From Halarcobacter sp. (GTDB taxonomy: Bacteria; Campylobacterota; Campylobacteria; Campylobacterales; Arcobacteraceae): 64,000 nucleotides of DNA. Below are positions 20,464 to 29,218 of the stretch, in pieces. The stretch is from assembly GCA_048571215.1 (NCBI GenBank), contig CP182352.1, positions 2,400,001 to 2,464,000 on the forward strand, in the 5' to 3' direction. The translations under genes were made by a program, and so were the position numbers. The notes beneath the pieces were generated by a model, which saw only the letters and a list, made by a program, of their open reading frames with translations, ran no database searches and was not told the DNA's origin. Every line of letters starts with the position of its first letter. The first letter of the stretch is position 1.

Positions 20464-20570
20464 TCTTCAGCACATCTTCTGCGTTGAAACTTCAATTTTA
20501 AATGCTCATTTACCTTTAGTAAACTCCGCTTTAAAATTAAAGCTCCGCCTTGAATCTATACTAAATATTA
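20461..20570 (-). repeat. ERIC-like palindromic intergenic element
   Basis: Minus strand reads AAGGCGG...GGAGTTTAC-TAAAG-GTAAATGAG...CAACGCAG within a long imperfect inverted repeat. Confidence 0.65.
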
Positions 20571-20591
20571 AACCTCAACAAAATTTGTATA

Positions 20592-21487
20592 CTAACAATT
20601 AAATTTTTTAAACAACTTTATATTATTTAACATTTTCACAGAATATATAGTTAATATTGTTCCAATAATTATTGAAAAATTGATCTTTTCTTCTAAAAAT
20701 ATTACACCTAATATAATTGCAAAGAATGGAACTAAAAATAAAAATGAGCTAACATCCCTTGCTCCTAATTTTTCAATTCCTAAAAAATAAATTGTATAAG
20801 AAAATGTTGAAGCAAAAATAGATAAACACATCATATTTACCCAAAAAATTGAGTCAAAATTATTATATTTTACAGTACTTAAATCTACAAAAAATATTAA
20901 ATTTAAAATACAAGTAAAAATATACAGATAAAAGGTAAATACAATAGGTGAAACATCAGTTGCTTTTGAACTTATTATTGTTACAAGTGGCCAAAAAATT
21001 GAGGCTAAAATAAAATAAATATTATGAAGTGCAAAGATATCATCAATGTTAAAACTCCAGACATTTAACATAGTTAATACTCCAATTGCTCCAATAATTA
21101 AAGCAATGGTATCTTTTTTTGAAATTTTTCTATTAGTAAATATTGCTAATATTATAAAAGTATTAATAGGAATAAGTGTCATTACAAAAGCTCCTCCAAG
21201 TCCAGCTGTACCAAACTTTGTACCTAAAAAATAGTATTTCATATAAGCTATAAATACTATAGATGATATAAGTATAAGTAAAAAGCTTTTTAGAGTAATT
21301 TTAAAAGATTTTTCAAATAGATAATTACAGGTAATAAAGTAATAGATGTTATGAAAAATCTAAAAAACATAGTTTCATATTCATTCATATAGTTTGCTAA
21401 TACTTTTACATTTACCCAAGATGCTCCCCATCCAACCATACCTAAAACTAATAATAAATAAAAAATATTTTTATTTGTAGATGTCAT
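20592..21487 (-). pseudogene. EamA/DMT transporter, frameshifted
   Basis: ORFs 21290-21487 and 20592-21242 join into one DMT-like protein if one A is added to the A5 run at 21309-21313. Confidence 0.85.
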
Positions 21488-21531
21488 AATATACTCTTTT
21501 TATTTGAAGTATATTTTCTTTGGTATTTTAT

Positions 21532-22323
21532 CTATAGGAAGATATTGCTATTCTTTTGTAAATATGAAGGGGGATGATTGAAAAATTTTTTACAATTTTT
21601 GGAAAAATGAGATTGATCAGTAAATCCAACTGTATAACTAGCCTCACTAATAGATAAGCCTTTTTGAATAAGACTATTGGCACGATTTACTCTTTCATTA
21701 AGTATAAAATCATAAGGAGTTAAACCAAATTGTTTTTTAAAAATACGTAAAAAATGATATTTACTTAAATTAACATTTGAAGCTAAAATATCAAGGGAAA
21801 AATTCATTTCTATTGAATCATTTATAAAATCATATGTCTCTTTTATAATTTTTTTATTATCATATATATTCTTATATTTTTTAGTGGAAATTGTATGATT
21901 AGTAATCAAATATGAAGCAGCATCAATAAGATTTGATTCAATTATTAAACTATCTTCTTTTTTAAAATATGAATTAAAAAAGTTGTGAAGTTTAAAAAAA
22001 AGAACCTTGTCATTAATTATAAAGTTCTCAAAAAAAGGTACTTTCTTTTCACCATATATATCTTTGTATAAATCGCTAATTAATTCAACTGTTGGATAAA
22101 AATTTGAGTGAGACCATTGTTTAGCTTCTCCACCATGTACATCACCTGGGTTATTCACTCTTATTGAATATTTGTAAGACTCTATACTTCTTTTCATATA
22201 ATGCAGTTTTATTACACCACTATAGGTTAAACCAATAGTATAAGTATCGTGGTAATGTTTATTAAACTCATTATTTGAAAGTTTAACATTTTCTATAAGT
22301 GTATTATTTAATAAGCTATTCAT
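21532..22323 (-). CDS. AraC-family regulator (cupin N-domain)
   Basis: HYHDTY...PGDVH cupin; LSKYHFLRIFK and GFTDQSHF HTH. Confidence 0.9.
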   Translation of the reverse strand: MNSLLNNTLIENVKLSNNEFNKHYHDTYTIGLTYSGVIKLHYMKRSIESYKYSIRVNNPGDVHGGEAKQWSHSNFYPTVELISDLYKDIYGEKKVPFFENFIINDKVLFFKLHNFFNSYFKKEDSLIIESNLIDAASYLITNHTISTKKYKNIYDNKKIIKETYDFINDSIEMNFSLDILASNVNLSKYHFLRIFKKQFGLTPYDFILNERVNRANSLIQKGLSISEASYTVGFTDQSHFSKNCKKFFNHPPSYLQKNSNIFL

Positions 22324-22401
22324 TTCATATTATATCAAATTAAAAGTTCTCAAAATAGTAAGATATTGCTCTTTTAGAAAAGAGGATATAAATTATAAGT
22401 T

Positions 22402-23730
22402 TTACGTAGAAGTTTTGGAAAGAACACTTGGTCTATTTAGCATAAAAAATCTAAATGCAAAAATAAAAGTTAATATCTCTGCACACGATAAGGCTATAAA
22501 TATTCCTATATTTCCAAAAATAAGAGGCAATATAAAAATAAATATTATTGGGAAAATTAAACTTCTCATAATAGCTATTAGTCCTGAATAAAGGGGCCTT
22601 TGTATTGATGTTAAGTATGCACTTACCAACATATTTAAGCCTGAAAAAATAAATGCAGGCCACACATAAGAGATAAAATCTATAGTTATCTCTTTTGTTT
22701 TTATATCATTGTCATTGATAAATATATTTATCAATGACTCTGGTGTGATTATTACAAACAAGGTTAAAACTATCTCTACACATAAAATACTAACTACTCC
22801 TAGTTTTAAAAAACTTTTCATTCTATTAAAATATTGTGCACCAAAATTTTTACTAATAATAGCTTGCAAAGAATCAGAAACAGCAAAACTTGTCATGATA
22901 CTAATGGTTATAAAATATCCTATAATAGTAAAGGAAGCAATACCTAAAGGACCAAAGGTTTTTAATAAAATATAATTAAAAACTAAGATAGTTATACCTA
23001 CAGAAGATTCATTGACAAACTCTGAAGAACCGTTTTTCAAGGCATTTAATATACTTAAAAAACTCCCCCTTGGTTTTACTAGTCTTAGTGTTGTCTTTTT
23101 TAGAAAAAAATGGGGAAGTAATACCAGTAAAATAAAAACTTGTGAAATACCAGTTGCATATGCAGCACCACTTATCCCCCAATCAAATTTTACTATGAAA
23201 ATATAATCTAAAACTATGTTAATAAGTGAGCTTATAAGTAAGGCTAGAAAAGACAAGTTTGGGTTTTCATCCACTTTTACAAAATAATCAACTGTAATTC
23301 CTATCATCAAAAATGGTAAAAAATTTAAGATAATAGGAAGATAATTTAAGGTTTCAATTCTTAGTTGATTTTTTACATTTATCAAGTCTAAAACATTGTC
23401 TATATTTAGATAAAGTAACAAATTTAAAGAGATTGAAAGTACAACAATAACATATATAGCTTTTGAAAAAACATTAGAGGCTTCTTCTTTATTGCCCTCC
23501 CCCATTAATTTGCCTGTAATAACTGAGCTTCCCACTGCAAACATCAAAGCAAAGCCAAATAAAATATTAAATAAAGGGAAAGAGACAGTAATAGCCGCTA
23601 AACTTACTGAGCCAATATAATTACCTACAAAATATCCATCAATAATACTTGCAGATGATATTGCTAAAAATCCCAACATGGAAGGGATTACATATTTGAA
23701 AAATAAAATAAAAGGTTTAGAATCAAGCAT
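22402..23730 (-). CDS. MATE family efflux transporter
   Basis: IDGYFVG, NIVLDYIFI, GISGAAYAT; ~12 hydrophobic segments. Confidence 0.9.
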   Translation of the reverse strand: MLDSKPFILFFKYVIPSMLGFLAISSASIIDGYFVGNYIGSVSLAAITVSFPLFNILFGFALMFAVGSSVITGKLMGEGNKEEASNVFSKAIYVIVVLSISLNLLLYLNIDNVLDLINVKNQLRIETLNYLPIILNFLPFLMIGITVDYFVKVDENPNLSFLALLISSLINIVLDYIFIVKFDWGISGAAYATGISQVFILLVLLPHFFLKKTTLRLVKPRGSFLSILNALKNGSSEFVNESSVGITILVFNYILLKTFGPLGIASFTIIGYFITISIMTSFAVSDSLQAIISKNFGAQYFNRMKSFLKLGVVSILCVEIVLTLFVIITPESLINIFINDNDIKTKEITIDFISYVWPAFIFSGLNMLVSAYLTSIQRPLYSGLIAIMRSLIFPIIFIFILPLIFGNIGIFIALSCAEILTFIFAFRFFMLNRPSVLSKTST

Positions 23731-23824
23731 TTTTCATCTTTAAAAATTTTATTGGATATTATCATAAATATAATAAATTGATATCATCTTAAATTAAAAA
23801 AATTTTGATATAATATTTTTTATT

Positions 23825-24394
23825 ATGAAATGTCTATCATGTGAATCACTATCTTTTCAAATCATTTGTAAAAAATGTCAAAATACTCTACTTAAGCCCT
23901 CTTTTTATAAAAGAGAACTTCAAAAAGATTTTTATAATTACTCCTTTTATTCATATTCTGAAATTGAGGATTTAATAACTTCAAAATATTACTTTCATGG
24001 GGATAGGATTTTTAATATTTTGGCTAAATTATCTTTTAAAAAATTTGCTGATAATTTTGTTTTTGATCAAATAGTTTATTCTATTGGTATTGATGAACAT
24101 ACTAGACATGAGTTTTCCCAAACTGCAATATTATCAAAGCACTTAAAATCTAATCATATCAAGCCTCTTTATAATCAGCTTCGTGCAACTAATATAGTTA
24201 AATATGCTGGTCATGATTTAGAGTATAGGTTGAAACATAAAAGGGGTTTTAAAAGTTCTTTAAAAAATAAAAATATAATTTTAGTAGATGATTTGATTAC
24301 TACTGGTACAACTATCCTAGAAGCAAAAGAGATTTTAGAAAAAAATAATAATAAAATTCTCTTCTCTTTAACCCTAGCTGATGCAAAATTTTAG
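23825..24394 (+). CDS. ComF-family phosphoribosyltransferase-like protein
   Basis: N-terminal CxxC...CxxC and LVDDLITTGTT. Confidence 0.85.
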   Translation: MKCLSCESLSFQIICKKCQNTLLKPSFYKRELQKDFYNYSFYSYSEIEDLITSKYYFHGDRIFNILAKLSFKKFADNFVFDQIVYSIGIDEHTRHEFSQTAILSKHLKSNHIKPLYNQLRATNIVKYAGHDLEYRLKHKRGFKSSLKNKNIILVDDLITTGTTILEAKEILEKNNNKILFSLTLADAKF

Positions 24395-24496
24395 TATAAT
24401 ATTTTCTATTTAAAAATACTGATGCAGAACACCTCGTTTTACAAAGAAGTAAACCTAAGGTTCCTTTTTATAGTGGAACCATTTAAAAGGAAATAT

Positions 24497-25108
24497 GTGA
24501 TTGGAATTATAGATTACAATATGGGAAACTTAGCAAGTGTTTATAACGCTTGTCATTTATTAGATGCAAAAGCTTCATTTGTAACAAAACCCGAAGATTT
24601 AAAAAATTTTAATAGAGTTATTTTACCAGGAGTTGGTGCTTTTGGTGATGCTATGGAACATCTAAATAAAACTGGCATGAAAGAGGCAGTCTTGGAGTAT
24701 GCCAAAAGTGGTAAGCCTATGCTTGGTATCTGCTTGGGGATGCAACTATTATTTGAAAACTCTGTTGAGTTTGGAAATAATAAAGGTTTAGGTTTGATTG
24801 ATGGTCAAATTGTAAAATTTGATAAATCAAAAATGCATGAAGATACAAAGATTCCTCATATGGGTTGGAATGTTATCAAAACAAAAGATGATCATACTTT
24901 ATTTAAGGGATTAAAAGACCCTTATCTTTATTTTGTACACTCATACCATGCTGTAACAGATGCAAAAAATGTGATTGGTACAACAGAATATGGATATGAT
25001 TTTGCAAGTGCGGTGCATAAAGATAATATTTATGGCTTTCAGCCACACCCTGAGAAGTCCCATGATAATGGACTAAAAATACTAAAAAATTTTATGAATA
25101 TATCTTAA
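24497..25108 (+). CDS. hisH: Imidazole glycerol phosphate synthase glutaminase subunit
   Basis: IIDYNMGN, LPGVG, GICLGMQ, QPHPEKS; start reassigned to GTG 24497 behind AAGGA. Confidence 0.95.
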   Translation: MIGIIDYNMGNLASVYNACHLLDAKASFVTKPEDLKNFNRVILPGVGAFGDAMEHLNKTGMKEAVLEYAKSGKPMLGICLGMQLLFENSVEFGNNKGLGLIDGQIVKFDKSKMHEDTKIPHMGWNVIKTKDDHTLFKGLKDPYLYFVHSYHAVTDAKNVIGTTEYGYDFASAVHKDNIYGFQPHPEKSHDNGLKILKNFMNIS

Positions 25109-25124
25109 AGAAGGACAAAGATAG

Positions 25125-25832
25125 ATGGATATACTACCAGCAATTGATTTAAAAGATGGAAAAGCTGTGAGACTTAGTAAAGGGCTTATGGATAGTGCAA
25201 AAATCTATTCAGATGAGCCTTGGATGGTAGCGCATAGATTTGAAGAACTAGGAAGCAAATGGATTCACATTGTAGATTTAAATGGTGCCTTTGCAGGTGA
25301 ACCAGCAAACTTAGAACAAATTAGAAAAATCAGAGAAAACTGTAACCTTAAAATGGAACTTGGTGGTGGAATTAGAGATGAAGAAACTATCAAAATGTAT
25401 TTAGAACTTGGAGTTGATAGACTTATTCTTGGTTCAATTGCAGTAAAAGATCCTCAATTTGTAAAAGATATGGCAGCAAAATATCCAATTGCAGTTGGAA
25501 TTGATGCTATGGATGGGATGGTTGCTGTTGAAGGTTGGGCAGAGGTTAGTACTATGGAAGCTACAACTTTAGCAAAAGAGTTTGCAAATGCTGGTGTTGA
25601 GGCTATCATTTGTACTGACATTTCAAAAGATGGAATGCTTTGTGGTGTAAATGTAGAATTCACCCAAGATATTGCATTAGCAAGTAAGGTTGATACTATT
25701 GCTAGTGGTGGAGTTAAAGATATCCAAGATATTATTAACTGTAAAGCTAATGGTAATATCTCAGGTGTGATAGTTGGAAAAGCCTTTTATGAAGGTAGTA
25801 TTGATTTAGAAGAAGCATTTAAAATCTTATAA
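25125..25832 (+). CDS. hisA: ProFAR isomerase
   Basis: [29 protein letters not shown]. Confidence 0.95.
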   Translation: MDILPAIDLKDGKAVRLSKGLMDSAKIYSDEPWMVAHRFEELGSKWIHIVDLNGAFAGEPANLEQIRKIRENCNLKMELGGGIRDEETIKMYLELGVDRLILGSIAVKDPQFVKDMAAKYPIAVGIDAMDGMVAVEGWAEVSTMEATTLAKEFANAGVEAIICTDISKDGMLCGVNVEFTQDIALASKVDTIASGGVKDIQDIINCKANGNISGVIVGKAFYEGSIDLEEAFKIL

Positions 25833-25884
25833 GCTAATTTGCTTAGGATATTTAGTTAATTTATAAATTTGCAAAAGGTAAAAT

Positions 25885-27741
25885 ATGAACTCTAACAAGA
25901 AAATTACTCTTATTATATTTTCAATGGTTACGCTATTAACCTTGATTATTGTTGCACTAGTTGCTATTGGTTCAAGGGAGAGTGGATATGATAGTGCTAA
26001 AAAAAGAGCCTATCTAACTGCTGATATCGTAAAAAATGCTCTAACATCCCACATGGTAAATGGAAATATGAACCAAAGAGATGTATTTTTAAGCTCTTTA
26101 GAAAGAATGGAAGAGTTAAATGAACTTTGGGTAGTAAGATCACCAAAAGTAAATGAACAATTTGGGGTTTCCCATGATGCCAATGAGATACCAAGAGATG
26201 AAATAGACAAAATGGTACTTCACTCAGGAAAAGAAAAAGTTGTAATTGATGAGACTATTCAAAAAGCTACTTTAAGAATTACTATTCCATATACTGCCTC
26301 TTCACTTGATAAACCTAACTGCCTAAGTTGTCATGATGCAAAAGAAGGAGAGGTGTTAGGTGCTATTTCCATAAAGTTTGATATTCAAGAAGATAGAATG
26401 TCAAGTATTGCAATTTTACTAAATATTATTGCTATTGTTATATTATTTTTAATCTTTATTCTTATTTTTATAAGTAGAAAAATCAAACCTTATACTAGCT
26501 CTTTTGACTCTATTATAGAGGTTTTAAAACAAGTACATGATGGTAATTATTCAGTTAGAGCTAAAGAGGGAACTCTAAAAGAGGATAAAGAAGCCTTTAT
26601 GTGGCTTAATGAGATTATTGAAAAGCTAGAAACCGTATTAACTGGTATAGAAAAGAACCTAACCGCTTTTGTTCACAATAGGTCAACAAATGTAAACAAC
26701 GATAAACTTCTTACAGCAAAAGAGATTATAGAAGATATCTCAGAAATCTACAATTATAAAAAAACCATAGAGACTGATTTGACAAAAGATGATATCTACT
26801 ATAGATTGGTGCAAGTATTAAATGATAAACTAAAAATAAAAACTTTTTATATTTTTGAAAATGATTTACAAAAAGATGAAAGAAAAATTATATATGCACC
26901 AAAAGATAAACAAGCATGTTGTAATCTAAAAAAAGATGTAAAAGAGTTATGTAGAGCGGAAAGAACAGATAATATTATAGTTTCAGAAAATTTTCCAGAA
27001 ATTTGTAGAGTTGCAGATTGTGAAAATTGTGGAGAATATACTTGTATCCCATTTAAAATAAATAACCATAAATCAATTACAATACATATTTTATGTAGTG
27101 ATAAAAGTTGTTTAGATCATAACAAATACCAAATAGGTATAATCAAAAAATATCTAGAAGAGACAAAACCTATTTTAGAAAGTAGAATGTTAATGGATGT
27201 TCTAAGAGAAAGAAATCTAATAGATGGATTAACAGGTCTATACAATAGAAAATATCTAGATGAATTTGTAGATAGAACTATGCCAAATGAGTTAGCACAA
27301 GGTAGTACTTATGCAGTTATGTTCTTAGATATTGACTATTTTAAAATGGTAAATGATACTTATGGGCATGATGCAGGAGATGCAATCTTACAAAAATTAT
27401 CTAAAACAATGCAAGAGTTTATCTCAAATAATGAATTTATAATTAGATTTGGTGGGGAAGAGTTCTTAATCATTATGAAAAATCCTACAGAAGAGAGTGC
27501 AAAAGAGTTAGCAGATAAGATAAATGCCGAATTTGCAAAAATTGTATTTAATTTCAATAATGAATCATTTAGTAAAACAGTTAGTATTGGTTATGCCTTC
27601 TTTCCTAAAGACACAGACCAATTCTGGAAATGTATCAAATACGCAGACCTTTGTTTATATGAGGCAAAAGAAACAGGAAGAAATAAAGTTATTAGATTTA
27701 GAAAAGATATTCTTAAAAATGGAGAGAAGTCAGACTACTAA
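25885..27741 (+). CDS. Membrane diguanylate cyclase with periplasmic CxxCH domain
   Basis: Two TM segments flanking CLSCH; DGLTGLYNR, DIDYFK, GHDAGD, RFGGEEF. Confidence 0.9.
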   Translation: MNSNKKITLIIFSMVTLLTLIIVALVAIGSRESGYDSAKKRAYLTADIVKNALTSHMVNGNMNQRDVFLSSLERMEELNELWVVRSPKVNEQFGVSHDANEIPRDEIDKMVLHSGKEKVVIDETIQKATLRITIPYTASSLDKPNCLSCHDAKEGEVLGAISIKFDIQEDRMSSIAILLNIIAIVILFLIFILIFISRKIKPYTSSFDSIIEVLKQVHDGNYSVRAKEGTLKEDKEAFMWLNEIIEKLETVLTGIEKNLTAFVHNRSTNVNNDKLLTAKEIIEDISEIYNYKKTIETDLTKDDIYYRLVQVLNDKLKIKTFYIFENDLQKDERKIIYAPKDKQACCNLKKDVKELCRAERTDNIIVSENFPEICRVADCENCGEYTCIPFKINNHKSITIHILCSDKSCLDHNKYQIGIIKKYLEETKPILESRMLMDVLRERNLIDGLTGLYNRKYLDEFVDRTMPNELAQGSTYAVMFLDIDYFKMVNDTYGHDAGDAILQKLSKTMQEFISNNEFIIRFGGEEFLIIMKNPTEESAKELADKINAEFAKIVFNFNNESFSKTVSIGYAFFPKDTDQFWKCIKYADLCLYEAKETGRNKVIRFRKDILKNGEKSDY

Positions 27742-27742
27742 A

Positions 27743-27925
27743 ATGTGTCTTGTTCTATCTTTAGTCTCTCTAGCACTTGCATATAACCTACTTGAAGCTG
27801 GTAATATGCAAGGTGCTATCATCTCACTACTTATTGCTCTATTTTTTATTATCTTACTTATTAGAAATATTTTAAAAACAAAAACTCAAAAAAGAGGAAA
27901 AGACTCTGAAAAAAAGAATAAATAA
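27743..27925 (+). CDS. Small hypothetical membrane protein (start uncertain; 27719 also possible)
   Basis: Two hydrophobic stretches and basic tail fill the gap between neighbours. Confidence 0.5.
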   Translation: MCLVLSLVSLALAYNLLEAGNMQGAIISLLIALFFIILLIRNILKTKTQKRGKDSEKKNK

Positions 27926-29213
27926 CTTATATGCAAAAATAGCAAACGAAGAAGATGCTAGAGTTTGTAAAGCAATAGATGAAAGTGCTTGTAAAGTTGT
28001 ACCTGGAAACTTTTTTCTTACAATTATTAGTTACTTTTTTAATAAGCTAGCTGATAATGTAGCAAATGCAAAAGTGGTACTTCCATGGATAATGGAAAGC
28101 TTAAATGTGCCAATGTTTCTAATTAGTTTTTTAGTACCTATTAAAGAATCAGGATCACTTATCCCTCAACTTTTTATTGCATCTTATGTAAGAAAACTTC
28201 CTATTAGAAAATGGATTTGGTCACTTGGCACTTTCTTACAAGCGATTTGCATATTTGGTATAGCAATTGTTGCTTGGAATATGGAAGGTCTTAGTGCTGG
28301 TTTAATTATTGTCTCTATTTTAATTATTATGAGTTTATCTAGAGGTTTATGTTCAGTTGCCGCAAAAGATGTAGTAGGTAAAACTATTCCTAAAACAAGA
28401 AGAGGAACCTTAAATGGACTTTCAGCAATGCTTGCAGGATTGCTAGTAGTTGTCCTTGGGGTATATTTTTTAATAAATGGTGAGAAACCATTTTCAGCTC
28501 AAAACTTTGGTATATTATTATCAATTGCGGGAGTATTCTGGATATTGGCTTCTATTTTTTATTTAAATATCAAAGAGTTTCCAGGGGAAACAGATGGTGG
28601 CGGTAATGCCTTTACAGTTGCTATTAGTAAACTTGCTATACTAAAAACAGATAAACCCTTTAGATTATTTGTTATTACAAGAGCTTTATTTCTTTGTTCT
28701 GTTTTATCTGCACCATTTTTTATAATAATAGCACAACAAAATAGTGATTCAAGTACTTACTTACTTGGTCTTTTTATCCTTGCTAGTGGACTTGCAGATT
28801 TATTATCTGCGAACTTTTGGGGTAAATTTTCTGACATATCTAGTAAAAAGGTTATGATAATTGGTGCAACTATCTCTACAACAGTTGGTTTTATAGTATT
28901 TGTAATTGATTTTTTCTTCACTGAACTGTTTTCAATTATCTGGTTAATGCCTATAATCTACTTTATTTTAAGTATAGGATATCAAGGGATTAGAATAGGA
29001 AGAAAAACTTATATAATTGACTTAGCAGAAGGCAATAGAAGAACTGACTATGTAGCCGTAAGTAATACAATAATAGGATTTATACTGCTTCTAAGTGGTT
29101 TTGTAGGAACTCTTAGTACAATTGTAGGTACAGGTGGGATAATCTTAATACTTTCACTTACTGGTGTTTTAGCTTTAATATTTGCTAATAAACTTCCAGA
29201 AACTGAAGATTGA
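27906..29213 (+). CDS. MFS-type transporter, probable CTG start
   Basis: Frame open 56 codons upstream of GTG 28074; AGAGGA SD 7 nt before CTG 27906; multiple TM segments. Confidence 0.8.
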   Translation: MKKRINNLYAKIANEEDARVCKAIDESACKVVPGNFFLTIISYFFNKLADNVANAKVVLPWIMESLNVPMFLISFLVPIKESGSLIPQLFIASYVRKLPIRKWIWSLGTFLQAICIFGIAIVAWNMEGLSAGLIIVSILIIMSLSRGLCSVAAKDVVGKTIPKTRRGTLNGLSAMLAGLLVVVLGVYFLINGEKPFSAQNFGILLSIAGVFWILASIFYLNIKEFPGETDGGGNAFTVAISKLAILKTDKPFRLFVITRALFLCSVLSAPFFIIIAQQNSDSSTYLLGLFILASGLADLLSANFWGKFSDISSKKVMIIGATISTTVGFIVFVIDFFFTELFSIIWLMPIIYFILSIGYQGIRIGRKTYIIDLAEGNRRTDYVAVSNTIIGFILLLSGFVGTLSTIVGTGGIILILSLTGVLALIFANKLPETED

Positions 29214-29218
29214 TATTT

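Noticed and set aside
24422..24496. N-terminal extensions of hisH (also accD, metK, ybaB, sppA) in the ORF track
   Set aside because: Downstream starts have SD sequences and match family N-termini
27524..27742. N-terminal part of the 133-aa ORF
   Set aside because: Out-of-frame overlap with the GGDEF domain; only the hydrophobic C-terminal part looks real
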